This document shows, one piece after another, positions 24,780 through 33,676 of a stretch of 64,000 nt of DNA. This DNA comes from a virus. The DNA is taken from the IMG/VR virus record IMGVR_UViG_3300021964_000017. One strand, given 5' to 3'. Position numbers and translations under genes: made by a program. The notes under the pieces were generated by a model. The model was not told where the DNA came from. It saw nothing but the letters and a program-made list of their open reading frames with translations, and ran no database searches. Position 1 is the first letter of the stretch. Each line of letters starts with the position of its first letter.

Positions 24780-25158
24780 CATCTTCATATCGCGAAACGG
24801 AACCGTTCTCACCATCTTCTGATACTTCTATTTCAATGGATCGTCCAGGATACTTAGCATTGATAAGTTCTGCAAGCTCGTCTGAAACCATCTCACAAGA
24901 TCTGTAGTCAAGTGTGAGTGTTCCGTCAGAATATAGACGCTCAAGCCAACGCTTAAACTGAATAAACTCAATGTCACGATCATCATGAAAAACCTCAATA
25001 CCCACCCGAAAATGGAAAATGTGCCGATGAGGATAGCCCAGAAAGCTAACATCATCCCAACCACCAGTAGCAAGTTTAGGATCATCTAATGCTGCAGGAT
25101 ACTTATGTATCCCCTCCTTTTTGAATGTTACCCATATTTGATTAAATACTTTTTTCAT
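24775..25158 (-). CDS. dpdL: QueD-paralog T-fold protein, putative CDG decarboxylase (DpdL-type)
   Basis: LGYPHRHIF (LxxxHRHxF) in place of QueD CxxxHGH; DRDIEF, SCEM, VSEDGENG. Confidence 0.7.
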   Translation of the reverse strand: MKKVFNQIWVTFKKEGIHKYPAALDDPKLATGGWDDVSFLGYPHRHIFHFRVGIEVFHDDRDIEFIQFKRWLERLYSDGTLTLDYRSCEMVSDELAELINAKYPGRSIEIEVSEDGENGSVSRYEDV

Positions 25159-25487
25159 TAGCGAATTGCCTCGTATCGGTTACGTTTTACTGAATGTTCA
25201 TAGGGGTTCATGTCGATATTATACTTTGGTCTTGTATAACGAATCAACGCACCCTCTTCAATTTCAATTTGCTGTTTAGTGCATTCTTTAGGTTCTTGAG
25301 CCCAACGAACGGTCCAATCTTGACCAATGGTAATCAGAGCTTCTCGGAACAAGGTAGAACTATATCCCTTCTCCTTCCACTGTCTATGATTCTCTTCAAG
25401 ACCACCTAAATACCATTTAGACGTTGATCCCTGATAGACCACCTCATTTCCATCTAACCATTCATAGATTCCATACTTATACGCCAT
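25158..25487 (-). CDS. GIY-YIG-like nuclease
   Basis: YGIYEW...VVYQGST...H...EGALI...PKYN. Confidence 0.6.
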   Translation of the reverse strand: MAYKYGIYEWLDGNEVVYQGSTSKWYLGGLEENHRQWKEKGYSSTLFREALITIGQDWTVRWAQEPKECTKQQIEIEEGALIRYTRPKYNIDMNPYEHSVKRNRYEAIR

Positions 25488-25695
25488 AACCCTGGCCTTT
25501 CATAATAAAGTTATTCATAGCAAGAATCATACGATCTTTCTTCATGTAAGACAACTGATTAATCAATGTGTAATTGGGTGCGCGCGCATTTTCAATCAAT
25601 GCTTTACAATACGCTTCACACTCATCGCGATCCATAGTTTGGATTGCAGAATAGAATTCAAGCTGCTGTTGTTCTTTGATCTTAGCGTTTTTCAT
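25477..25695 (-). CDS. Hypothetical protein
   Basis: 72-aa coupled ORF. Confidence 0.65.
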   Translation of the reverse strand: MKNAKIKEQQQLEFYSAIQTMDRDECEAYCKALIENARAPNYTLINQLSYMKKDRMILAMNNFIMKGQGYGV

Positions 25696-26222
25696 TATAT
25701 ATAATAAATCCCATACTGTTTTTTTGCTTTGGTAGTATTCAGCTTCGGCATTTCAATTAACTCTACTCCCGCAGTTTCATACATTTCCTTCCAACAGTCA
25801 ACGCCAAAAACGAAGTCCTTTTGAAAATGCTTCAATCGCATATTCTCATCTGCTGTTGTGATGGTTGTTACTAGATTGGTGAACCACATATCAATATAAT
25901 CCTGAAAGGATAATGTGTGTGGTAAACAGAGAATGTGCTCAGCAACATTCTTATGAGTGATGGGATGCTCGACAGCAGTTCTTTGACCGCCTACCGGTTT
26001 GATCCCTTTCTTTTTATTGATAATAGTTTCTAAAGCTGCTTTACTAACAAGGCCTGTCTTATTGCCTCGGAATCCTGCTTCTGTAAGCATACCTTCTATT
26101 TGCCTGCGGGCTCTTGACTTTTGAGTCTTTGATAAGCTATTCCAGTTTTCTTTCACCTGGACATATACACCATATGCCAACTCGTAGTTAAATTTTACGT
26201 CTTCGAAAGTTATCTTCGCCAT
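25695..26222 (-). CDS. Hypothetical early protein
   Basis: 175 aa, own early promoter; VEHP...TTADEN...YETAGVEL. Confidence 0.7.
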   Translation of the reverse strand: MAKITFEDVKFNYELAYGVYVQVKENWNSLSKTQKSRARRQIEGMLTEAGFRGNKTGLVSKAALETIINKKKGIKPVGGQRTAVEHPITHKNVAEHILCLPHTLSFQDYIDMWFTNLVTTITTADENMRLKHFQKDFVFGVDCWKEMYETAGVELIEMPKLNTTKAKKQYGIYYI

Positions 26223-26253
26223 AGGTCACTACTCCATTTTTGATATACCTATA

Positions 26254-26291
26254 GGTATACCATACAGTCGAATAGAAGTCAACAGTTAATT
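26254..26291 (-). promoter_or_regulatory. Early promoter
   Basis: AATTAACTG-TTGACT-17-TATACC. Confidence 0.7.
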
Positions 26292-26293
26292 AA

Positions 26294-26575
26294 TTAAACA
26301 CCAAAACTTTCTCCACAACCACAGTTAGCGGTTGCGTTGGGGTTGATTACTTTAAGGTAGGACCCACCCAACTCTTTCACATAATCAATTGTGCATCCAA
26401 AGATAAACATCTCAGCCATAGGATCAAGCCATAGGTTGTCTATGGTAGGTTCTTTATCAGTAGTGCCCCACACATACTGAAAACCAGCACATCCCCCGCC
26501 TTTGACAGCGAGGGACACATTTGGATCACCAACTTCCAGCATGTATTGCTTTGCTGATTCAGTTAAAGTAATCAT
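26294..26575 (-). CDS. iscA: Iron-sulfur cluster assembly accessory protein, IscA/HesB family
   Basis: ITLTESA, GGGCAGFQY, NPNATANCGCGESF. Confidence 0.92.
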   Translation of the reverse strand: MITLTESAKQYMLEVGDPNVSLAVKGGGCAGFQYVWGTTDKEPTIDNLWLDPMAEMFIFGCTIDYVKELGGSYLKVINPNATANCGCGESFGV

Positions 26576-26772
26576 TTTAGATACTTGTTTACCATCTCTA
26601 GTAGATCATCATATTTAGCTACTTCATCGAGTTCTTTTTCAATCTCCTCAATGATATCACCATTGTTACCAACTCCAACTGGATTGTTAAGCAACACTTC
26701 TACATTTGCTAAGTGTTTATCAACATGACCCTTTGCATGTGATACGAAGCATTCTAATAGGCGTTCTTTCAT
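26572..26772 (-). CDS. Conserved phage hypothetical protein
   Basis: HLANVEVLLNNPVGVG...IEKEL. Confidence 0.75.
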   Translation of the reverse strand: MKERLLECFVSHAKGHVDKHLANVEVLLNNPVGVGNNGDIIEEIEKELDEVAKYDDLLEMVNKYLK

Positions 26773-26930
26773 TGATCTTCCTTCCGTTTATCTACAACTT
26801 CTTCCAACACACCTAGGACTTCTGCTAGGATAATGAATACACCACCCCATAGTAGGCTACCATAGATGAAAGCAGCACCAGCAACAAAGCGCAGGCCACT
26901 CTTAACAAAACTTACATTCATGTGATTCAT
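26769..26930 (-). CDS. Small membrane protein (53 aa)
   Basis: MNHMNVSFVKSGLRFVAGAAFIYGSLLWGGVFIILAEVLGVLEEVV; coupled at both ends. Confidence 0.6.
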   Translation of the reverse strand: MNHMNVSFVKSGLRFVAGAAFIYGSLLWGGVFIILAEVLGVLEEVVDKRKEDQ

Positions 26931-27622
26931 TATACACGATTCCCCGCGAACTGTTGTTGCATTTTAATATAGTCAAGGAATTCATTCTTGACAGATGGAT
27001 TAAAGAACTGACCACGCAGCTCACACGTTTGAGTCAATGAGCTATGAGCCATGATACCACGGTTCTCACAACATCCATGAGTCCCTTGAATATATACAGC
27101 CAAGTCTTTTGCGCCTGTATGTGCTGCAATCTCATTAGCAATGTCTTGCGTAAGCTCTTCTTGCAGAGTCCCACGACGTGCACAGTGCTGAGCTATACGA
27201 GTGTATTTAGACAAACCAATTACTTTAACACTAGGAATCAGACCAATATATGCTACACCTGATACCGGCTGGTGGTGATGTGAACACATAGACTTAATCT
27301 CAGAACGTACAACAATCATACCACCATAACGAGTATCAATATCGTCGTTGGGGAATGCTGTAACAGATGGCTGAGGGTCATAACGACCAGCCATAGTCTC
27401 GTTTACATACATCTTAGCCAGACGACGAGCTGTACCCATAGAGTTAGGATCTTCATTCTGATCAATAATCAAAGAGCTAAGGACACCACGAAACTTCTCT
27501 TCGAGCTCATCAATAAGCTCCCATTTCTCTTCTTCACTAATAAACTCCGCGATGTTGTCATTAGCCCAATAGCGAGCTCCTGCTTCATCAATGCGGTCCT
27601 TAATTACATCAGAAATGTTCAT
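26930..27622 (-). CDS. folE: GTP cyclohydrolase I
   Basis: SMCSHHHQP, VIGLSKYTRI, RRGTLQEELT, HGCCENRG. Confidence 0.95.
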   Translation of the reverse strand: MNISDVIKDRIDEAGARYWANDNIAEFISEEEKWELIDELEEKFRGVLSSLIIDQNEDPNSMGTARRLAKMYVNETMAGRYDPQPSVTAFPNDDIDTRYGGMIVVRSEIKSMCSHHHQPVSGVAYIGLIPSVKVIGLSKYTRIAQHCARRGTLQEELTQDIANEIAAHTGAKDLAVYIQGTHGCCENRGIMAHSSLTQTCELRGQFFNPSVKNEFLDYIKMQQQFAGNRV

Positions 27623-27641
27623 TTGTTTTCCTTTTACCATA

Positions 27642-28079
27642 TTAATCTTTCTCCCAAGGAAATACTATCCAACGATCGTCGCTCAAAGTCAACGCTGCAG
27701 TTGCTGGATGTGTAGTTTCGAGCTTCTGGACTAGAGAGATAAACATTACATTGGATCGAGCTCCATGATATGCTTTACTAATCTCACTAAATGTACGCCC
27801 AGTATCATTGATATCATCCACAAAGACAACACGAGATCCTGTGTCAATCAATTGTTGAATGTAACTATTATGCTCACACTTATTGACGTCTCGCGTCTGC
27901 CATATAATCGTTTGCAGTGGTCGATCTAGGTGATGCGACAAGTGGAGAGCTGGAAGAAGACCTCCTCTTGTAATACCTACAATAACGTCAGGTTTAAACT
28001 TAGATACATCATGAACAAGATTCATGTTCATTGATTCTACATCATTGTAGTCCAAATAGATTTTATTTTTAAACTTCAT
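27642..28079 (-). CDS. Purine (xanthine-guanine-type) phosphoribosyltransferase
   Basis: VGITRGGLLPA, VFVDDINDTGRT, WIVFPWE. Confidence 0.88.
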   Translation of the reverse strand: MKFKNKIYLDYNDVESMNMNLVHDVSKFKPDVIVGITRGGLLPALHLSHHLDRPLQTIIWQTRDVNKCEHNSYIQQLIDTGSRVVFVDDINDTGRTFSEISKAYHGARSNVMFISLVQKLETTHPATAALTLSDDRWIVFPWEKD

Positions 28080-29020
28080 TATGTACCAATCGCATTACCA
28101 AAGAGATACACATGCATGCGACCAGATACGTTATAGCCACGCTCAAATGCCATCTTAGCTACATCACCTGCTGTCTCTTCTTGCTCTTCGAGTCTGGCAC
28201 CTGTTGGCATGATCCAGATTGGATACTTAACACCAGCATCACGGAACAATGTTACAACTTCATCTAGCTCGTCCCATTGATCTTGCTCAGGTCCTACAAC
28301 AAACTTTAGTTGACCTTTATCAGACACATCGTAGTACGATTTAACAATCTCTGGCTTGATGGCTTTCTCACGTTTCTCGCCAGCTACAGTCCATAGCTTA
28401 GGTGATACAGAGAAGAATGCTTCTGGCTTAAACAGAGGTGACTTAACCAGCTTAACAAAGTCATCTGATAGACGCTGTGTACCATTAGTCTCCCATGTAA
28501 TCGACGAAGGTAGGTTCTCTGCAGCGTTATAAGACGTCTCTGCAATAGGTCCACCAGGCATAATAGTCAATGCATCGTAGATGTCAAGGAAAGCCATCTG
28601 AGATAGTTTCATCAAAGGCTCACCACCAGTAATACACAAATGATTGTGATGACCAGACAAAGGATGACGGAACCAACCTTCTGGGTTGTGTTCATTCTTC
28701 ATAATGTCTACGAGCTTCTGAGCCAACTCAGGTCCTGTAGCTTGACCCATCAAGTGCTTATACTTCTTAGACCAAGTATATGACGAGTCACACCCTTTCT
28801 CCCACACAGGAAGATCTTCAACACGTTCTACTTTAGATGCATCAAACTCTGCATAAGGCAACTCGTATGTCTCAGGCTTAGTCGGAAACTTCTGACCGAA
28901 GCCATCACATTGTAAGTTACACAAGAAGAATCTTATCCAGGCAGTAGGGACACCAGTGTAGTGTCCCTCACCTTGAATCGAATGGAAGATTTCACTATAC
29001 GTGTATTTCCTATCCGTCAT
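28079..29020 (-). CDS. queE: 7-carboxy-7-deazaguanine synthase (radical SAM)
   Basis: SEIFHSIQGEG, CNLQC...CDS, ITGGEP, ETNGT, SVSPKL, RMHVYLFGN. Confidence 0.92.
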   Translation of the reverse strand: MTDRKYTYSEIFHSIQGEGHYTGVPTAWIRFFLCNLQCDGFGQKFPTKPETYELPYAEFDASKVERVEDLPVWEKGCDSSYTWSKKYKHLMGQATGPELAQKLVDIMKNEHNPEGWFRHPLSGHHNHLCITGGEPLMKLSQMAFLDIYDALTIMPGGPIAETSYNAAENLPSSITWETNGTQRLSDDFVKLVKSPLFKPEAFFSVSPKLWTVAGEKREKAIKPEIVKSYYDVSDKGQLKFVVGPEQDQWDELDEVVTLFRDAGVKYPIWIMPTGARLEEQEETAGDVAKMAFERGYNVSGRMHVYLFGNAIGT

Positions 29021-29198
29021 GCGTCTTCGCCTTTTCTACATTGTATCCATTACCATTAGGAAGCTCGGTCCAGATGATAGTATCACCTGGCTTCCAGTTC
29101 ATAGTATCCAACAAATCGTCAGGAAACTCAAGGAATAATTCTCCACTTGAGTCTGCTTGAACAGTTAGAAACTTTTTATTGAGAATAGCTTTGACCAT
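29010..29198 (-). CDS. AbrB/MazE-like small protein
   Basis: LEFPDDLLDTMNWKPGDTIIW. Confidence 0.65.
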   Translation of the reverse strand: MVKAILNKKFLTVQADSSGELFLEFPDDLLDTMNWKPGDTIIWTELPNGNGYNVEKAKTHDG

Positions 29199-29206
29199 AA
29201 TAACTC

Positions 29207-29674
29207 CTAAGCATTGTATGCAATGCCACTAGTGGCATTATAGATGGCGCTATTGGCTCCATGCTCTGCACATTCCACAGAGACAACCCAACAACGATTA
29301 TCTGTCATTTCTCTTACTAATTTATCTGCAAAGTTGTATGCATGCTTAGCAAACATCTCTACACCCACACCATCTAGAATCGTAAGCTCGGCTAGTCCAT
29401 TACTTGCTAGAAACTCAAACTTAGGAAGATGAGGATCTGTGCTATCCAATACTACCTTATGATCGAATGTATCTTCAAGCCAGGCTTTCAGAGGTTTCAA
29501 CCCACCAAAGTCTACTACCCAATTGCGTTCATCCAGCTCAGCAGCTTGGAATGTAAACTTGAATGCTAGTGAATATCCATGCAAGAACTTGCAATGTGAA
29601 TGAGCGTTTGGTTGTCTAAAACAAGCGCTGAGGCCAATATTATGGCCATATGTTTTTGTACTACAATAAGGCAC
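29207..29674 (-). CDS. queD: 6-carboxytetrahydropterin synthase
   Basis: HCKFLHGYS, WVVDFGGLK, FDHK, EHGANSAIY. Confidence 0.93.
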   Translation of the reverse strand: MPYCSTKTYGHNIGLSACFRQPNAHSHCKFLHGYSLAFKFTFQAAELDERNWVVDFGGLKPLKAWLEDTFDHKVVLDSTDPHLPKFEFLASNGLAELTILDGVGVEMFAKHAYNFADKLVREMTDNRCWVVSVECAEHGANSAIYNATSGIAYNA

Positions 29675-29906
29675 TTTGAATGTTTCCTTCCAGTTTCTTA
29701 ATTCCTAAAGCCCAGTTCTCTGCAGCATCTTCAACATAACTAATAGACTTGTTAGGAAAATCTTCTTCAAAGAACTTAACATCATTATCGTCAAAATACT
29801 TAATAAAGGCAACTTCTTCTTTGAAGTCCATCCAAACTTCAGCGTATCCCTTTCCAAAGTCTGACCAGTATGTTGAAATCTTCCTTTGACGACTTTCTGT
29901 GGACAT
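29661..29906 (-). CDS. Conserved phage hypothetical protein
   Basis: KSISYVEDAAENWALG motif. Confidence 0.75.
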   Translation of the reverse strand: MSTESRQRKISTYWSDFGKGYAEVWMDFKEEVAFIKYFDDNDVKFFEEDFPNKSISYVEDAAENWALGIKKLEGNIQSALL

Positions 29907-29910
29907 TATA

Positions 29911-30597
29911 CTACTCCTTTATGAAATTGGCAACAGGGGGATAGATGTTAGATATAGCATCTGCTACTGCTATCGCAATATCCATATGTTCCTTCTGTGT
30001 ACCGTTAGCTGAACGAAGTTCGATATAATGAATCCATGATCTAATAGTACCATTCACATACAATCTAGAAACGGTATTGCCTTCTGGTAGAACAGCTCGA
30101 GCTTGTTCTTTAGCAATACCTGCTTCAATAGCCCAATCATAAGCATTCTTAGCTGCTTCGATTACTATTTGCTGATGGGCATGCCACGCTCTTTGAAGAT
30201 GTTCATCATCTGTCTCAATAGAGTTCTGACGATTTTTCATATCTTGTAGACGGCATTCCCGAATTACAAAATCATTATTAAGATCGCGGACGTCAGCATA
30301 CCGCTGAGAAAACTCTTGGAATGAGAATGATCGGTGGCGGAGGAGCTGCCGTGCAATATCTCTGGTTGTTTCGATTTCAATGCAGGCTGATGCCATTTCA
30401 AATGGGGACCAGTGCTTGTGTTTAATGAGATACTCAAGTAGCTTTGGTGTTGTCTTCGTGTTAGCTTGGTTTGCTGGATTGGAGACACGCGCTGCGTAAG
30501 CGATGAGGTCTTGGATATTGTCGAGCCCCGTCGGTGCAAGTTCGCCAGCGTGGATTCGAAAGCTGGGTTGACTATAGGAAATGAGTTTAGCATGCAT
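29911..30597 (-). CDS. thyX: FAD-dependent thymidylate synthase
   Basis: HWSPFE, RQLLRHRSFSFQEFSQRYA, EQARAVLP, TQKEH. Confidence 0.96.
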   Translation of the reverse strand: MHAKLISYSQPSFRIHAGELAPTGLDNIQDLIAYAARVSNPANQANTKTTPKLLEYLIKHKHWSPFEMASACIEIETTRDIARQLLRHRSFSFQEFSQRYADVRDLNNDFVIRECRLQDMKNRQNSIETDDEHLQRAWHAHQQIVIEAAKNAYDWAIEAGIAKEQARAVLPEGNTVSRLYVNGTIRSWIHYIELRSANGTQKEHMDIAIAVADAISNIYPPVANFIKE

Positions 30598-30710
30598 TAA
30601 CCCTGACCTCGATTCTTCTTATAGCTACGTTTTTTCGATTTGTTCATAGAAGACATCTTGATATTTCGTTTGCCAATAGAAGTCTTTTTACTGTTAGTTA
30701 TACCCTTCAT
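30597..30710 (-). CDS. Small very basic protein (37 aa)
   Basis: MKGITNSKKTSIGKRNIKMSSMNKSKKRSYKKNRGQG; GAGG RBS; stop overlaps the thyX start. Confidence 0.65.
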   Translation of the reverse strand: MKGITNSKKTSIGKRNIKMSSMNKSKKRSYKKNRGQG

Positions 30711-30716
30711 AGTACC

Positions 30717-31199
30717 TCACACTTGTTTGTACCAGATAAGATCTGGTCCGGTTTCGTACGTTACGATTGTTTCTGTTATAGCTTGTTTAACCCACGGTTG
30801 ATTAATGTCATGACCACACATATATCCTCCAGATCGGACCTTAGGTAGCCAGTTAATAATGTCTTTCTTTACGGATTCGTATTTATGATCAGCATCGATA
30901 AACACAAAGTCTAACGATACATCATCAATGTGTCTATGAGCTGTAAATGTAGATTCTCGTAAGATAATAGAGTTGCTATTAGTCTTACAATCTTCAACCA
31001 ACTGTTTATACCAATTGATAAAGATAGGTTTATGAGTCCACAGATCAACACCATAGAGGGTTAGGGTTGGACATGTCTCTAACAGATGTCTGTAAGTAAC
31101 ACCTTCATGCACCCCTAGTTCCGCTCCTCTAGTAAAGTTATTGTCTTTGACTAGTTTCTCTAGCCACAGCTTTCTATGATTATCTGGATGCGCTACCAT
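30717..31199 (-). CDS. Class I SAM-dependent methyltransferase (Methyltransf_24-like)
   Basis: GAELGVHEG, YGVDLW, LDFVFIDADHKYE, GGYMCGHD. Confidence 0.88.
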   Translation of the reverse strand: MVAHPDNHRKLWLEKLVKDNNFTRGAELGVHEGVTYRHLLETCPTLTLYGVDLWTHKPIFINWYKQLVEDCKTNSNSIILRESTFTAHRHIDDVSLDFVFIDADHKYESVKKDIINWLPKVRSGGYMCGHDINQPWVKQAITETIVTYETGPDLIWYKQV

Positions 31200-31202
31200 G
31201 TT

Positions 31203-32570
31203 CTATTCCATCTTAAAGTCATTAAATCTTTCTGCAGTCTTTGACTTATCGAATGCAGGTGAATCATCCACAACTCCTTCCTCGGGGTTATCTACATCAT
31301 ACAACCTCATCCGCGAGCGGTCAATGCCTAACACGAATCTTTTCTTAAAGTTGGGATCATTATATCGATTCTTCAATTGCTTGACCATAACCTGTCCGAG
31401 CGATTCTAGTTCTTCTGATGATACCAGAGCAAACATTAGATCTGCCGTTGCGGGTAGTCCAAAAGATTCGGACGTGTCTTCAAGCCCAGGATCCGAGCTA
31501 GTATAACCACTACGAGTCGTCTGCGTTGCAGATACGACCGGTACGTCAAACTCGACCGCAAGGCCACGAAGCTCTTCAGCAATTGCTTTAATGTATGTGT
31601 AGGAATTGATTGACCCTCCCATGCCTTTCATACGAGACGAAGAACAGATATTCAGATAGTCAATAAAGATCATCTCTGGGACAAAGTTCTTCTTTAGTTT
31701 AAGTTCATTAAGTAGAGCTCTAAAGTGACCCGCATGGGCAGCTCCAGTTGGATATTCTTTAATGATCAACTTACCATTGCTGCCAGTAGCAATATCTTCT
31801 ACTTTTGACGTCAGCATAGGTTTAGATATGTGCTGCAACTGATCTAGTGGTATATTGAGCAGGTTAGCATCTATACGTTCAGCAATACGCTCTTCTGCCA
31901 TTTCCATGGTAATATATAGGACGTTTCTACCCTGAGCAAGAACATTACCTGCAACATGACACATAAACAATGACTTACCAACACCAGTACCAGCCAGGCA
32001 GATGTTGAGAGTCTTATTAGGTAAACCACCTTTGGTAATCCTATTAAAGTAATCTAGATCAAAAGAGATACGTTCTTCATCCATATGATAGAAGTCATAT
32101 CGTTGTTCCACATCCTCGATATAGTCATGACCGACAGACGGATCAAATGTAACAGCCAACGCTTTGGTCAACAGATCTGGCAAAGCATTCTTAGTAAGAC
32201 TCTTATGCTTACCATCTATAATACTAATCGATTCCATAATTGCATTGTGGATAGCTCTATCTTGACACCACTTCTCCGTAGTGTCGTGTAGCCACTTCTC
32301 ATCAGCTTCTTCTGGTGCAAAGATCTTTGGCAACAACTCCATTGCAGCAGTATACTGATCGTCATTAAACTTATCAGATTGATCAATTTCAATCCTAAAG
32401 GCATCAAGGTTAGGTAGCTTATTGTACTTGCCAACAAACTTACCAGCTTCCTTAAAAAGCTGGTTGTACACACCCTCAAAGTATTCTGGTTTAATAAAAG
32501 GAAGTACCTTACGCATAAACTGCTCATTGGTCAGTATGTTGCGTAAGATTACTTGTTCAATGTTGCTCAT
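31203..32570 (-). CDS. gp41: Replicative DNA helicase
   Basis: LAGTGVGKS, YITMEM, IFIDYLNIC, SESFGLPATAD, QLKNRY. Confidence 0.97.
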   Translation of the reverse strand: MSNIEQVILRNILTNEQFMRKVLPFIKPEYFEGVYNQLFKEAGKFVGKYNKLPNLDAFRIEIDQSDKFNDDQYTAAMELLPKIFAPEEADEKWLHDTTEKWCQDRAIHNAIMESISIIDGKHKSLTKNALPDLLTKALAVTFDPSVGHDYIEDVEQRYDFYHMDEERISFDLDYFNRITKGGLPNKTLNICLAGTGVGKSLFMCHVAGNVLAQGRNVLYITMEMAEERIAERIDANLLNIPLDQLQHISKPMLTSKVEDIATGSNGKLIIKEYPTGAAHAGHFRALLNELKLKKNFVPEMIFIDYLNICSSSRMKGMGGSINSYTYIKAIAEELRGLAVEFDVPVVSATQTTRSGYTSSDPGLEDTSESFGLPATADLMFALVSSEELESLGQVMVKQLKNRYNDPNFKKRFVLGIDRSRMRLYDVDNPEEGVVDDSPAFDKSKTAERFNDFKME

Positions 32571-32977
32571 AGTTTTCCTTCTCTACGCATCTCCGCTCTA
32601 ATCTTGGTGGCAGATATGTCGTGTATTTCTTTGCCTAAGTCGTGCTCTGTAAATGTATATCCTACACCACGACCGTAGCTAATATCAACAATGTTGGGAA
32701 CCACTATTATAACATATTCTTCGCCTAAAGTAAACCCTGCTTCTTTAAGTCCAGCAACAATATTTAACTTCACTTTATCCATTTGAAATGGATTGTCATC
32801 TTGTACTGCAGTACGTCCACCGCCTGCGTCATAGTTAACAATACCTGCTACATCTCTAATCTGAATACACACTTGACCTGTTATTGCATGACAACGTCTA
32901 AACAATTCAGTGTGGCCATCATGCCACGGTTGCCATCGTCCCAACATCTGCACTGTGGGTAATTGACTGTTAAACAT
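32567..32977 (-). CDS. HIGH-motif nucleotidyltransferase (cytidylyltransferase-like)
   Basis: GRWQPWHDGH, YGRGVGY, ISATKIR. Confidence 0.8.
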   Translation of the reverse strand: MFNSQLPTVQMLGRWQPWHDGHTELFRRCHAITGQVCIQIRDVAGIVNYDAGGGRTAVQDDNPFQMDKVKLNIVAGLKEAGFTLGEEYVIIVVPNIVDISYGRGVGYTFTEHDLGKEIHDISATKIRAEMRREGKL

Positions 32978-33392
32978 TTGGAAAATCCTTACGCATGTTA
33001 ATAACAAATGAATCGACTTCATCATTAGTCATAAACTTATCAACAACGTATGTTTTGTGAATTGGTTCTTCAAAGATTTTATTTGTATCTTTAAACCTTC
33101 CTGCAACAATAGTATCCATCCAAATAGTAACATCAGCATTAAATACAGATCTTGTTGTCGCCAGCGGACAGACAAAGTCACATATCACAGTACGATTGTA
33201 ACTCTTTTCCAAGTCAGCAAGTACTTTCATTCGATATGCTTGTTTGAGTCTAGCCGCCTCAGAGAACTCCCAATCATTTGCCATCTCACGAATCTTATCC
33301 GCATTGTACCAAGCGCAATTCAATCTTGTTTGAAGTTGCTCAGCTAACCACGTCTTACCAGACCCAGGTAGGCCCATAACTAGAATTTTCAT
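32970..33392 (-). CDS. cysC: Adenylylsulfate kinase-like P-loop kinase
   Basis: MGLPGSGKT, NADKIR, DWEFS..AR, DFVCP, FEEP. Confidence 0.7.
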   Translation of the reverse strand: MKILVMGLPGSGKTWLAEQLQTRLNCAWYNADKIREMANDWEFSEAARLKQAYRMKVLADLEKSYNRTVICDFVCPLATTRSVFNADVTIWMDTIVAGRFKDTNKIFEEPIHKTYVVDKFMTNDEVDSFVINMRKDFPNV

Positions 33393-33676
33393 TTTTTATC
33401 TTGCTCATTAAGGTTGTTAACAATAATACTTTCTAAGATTTTACCTGCATACTTTTGAAGATCAATATTATTAGTTGTTAGATCTTCGTCTGGACTATAC
33501 TCTAAAGTCAAGTCAAAGTTTAGGATCGGTGAGTCATCCTCCATTGTAATCTTACCAAAGCTAATTACAGATTCGATAAACTCACCTTCCTTAATTCTAA
33601 TATGCCAATGATCATCACTACCAGGTGTCAACTCATACTGCACATTCTCTTCAAACATATTAGGAATACTAACCAT
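33389..33676 (-). CDS. Conserved hypothetical protein directly downstream of uvsX (T4 gp40 position)
   Basis: Acidic ORF of about 95 aa; assignment is from synteny only. Confidence 0.6.
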   Translation of the reverse strand: MVSIPNMFEENVQYELTPGSDDHWHIRIKEGEFIESVISFGKITMEDDSPILNFDLTLEYSPDEDLTTNNIDLQKYAGKILESIIVNNLNEQDKK

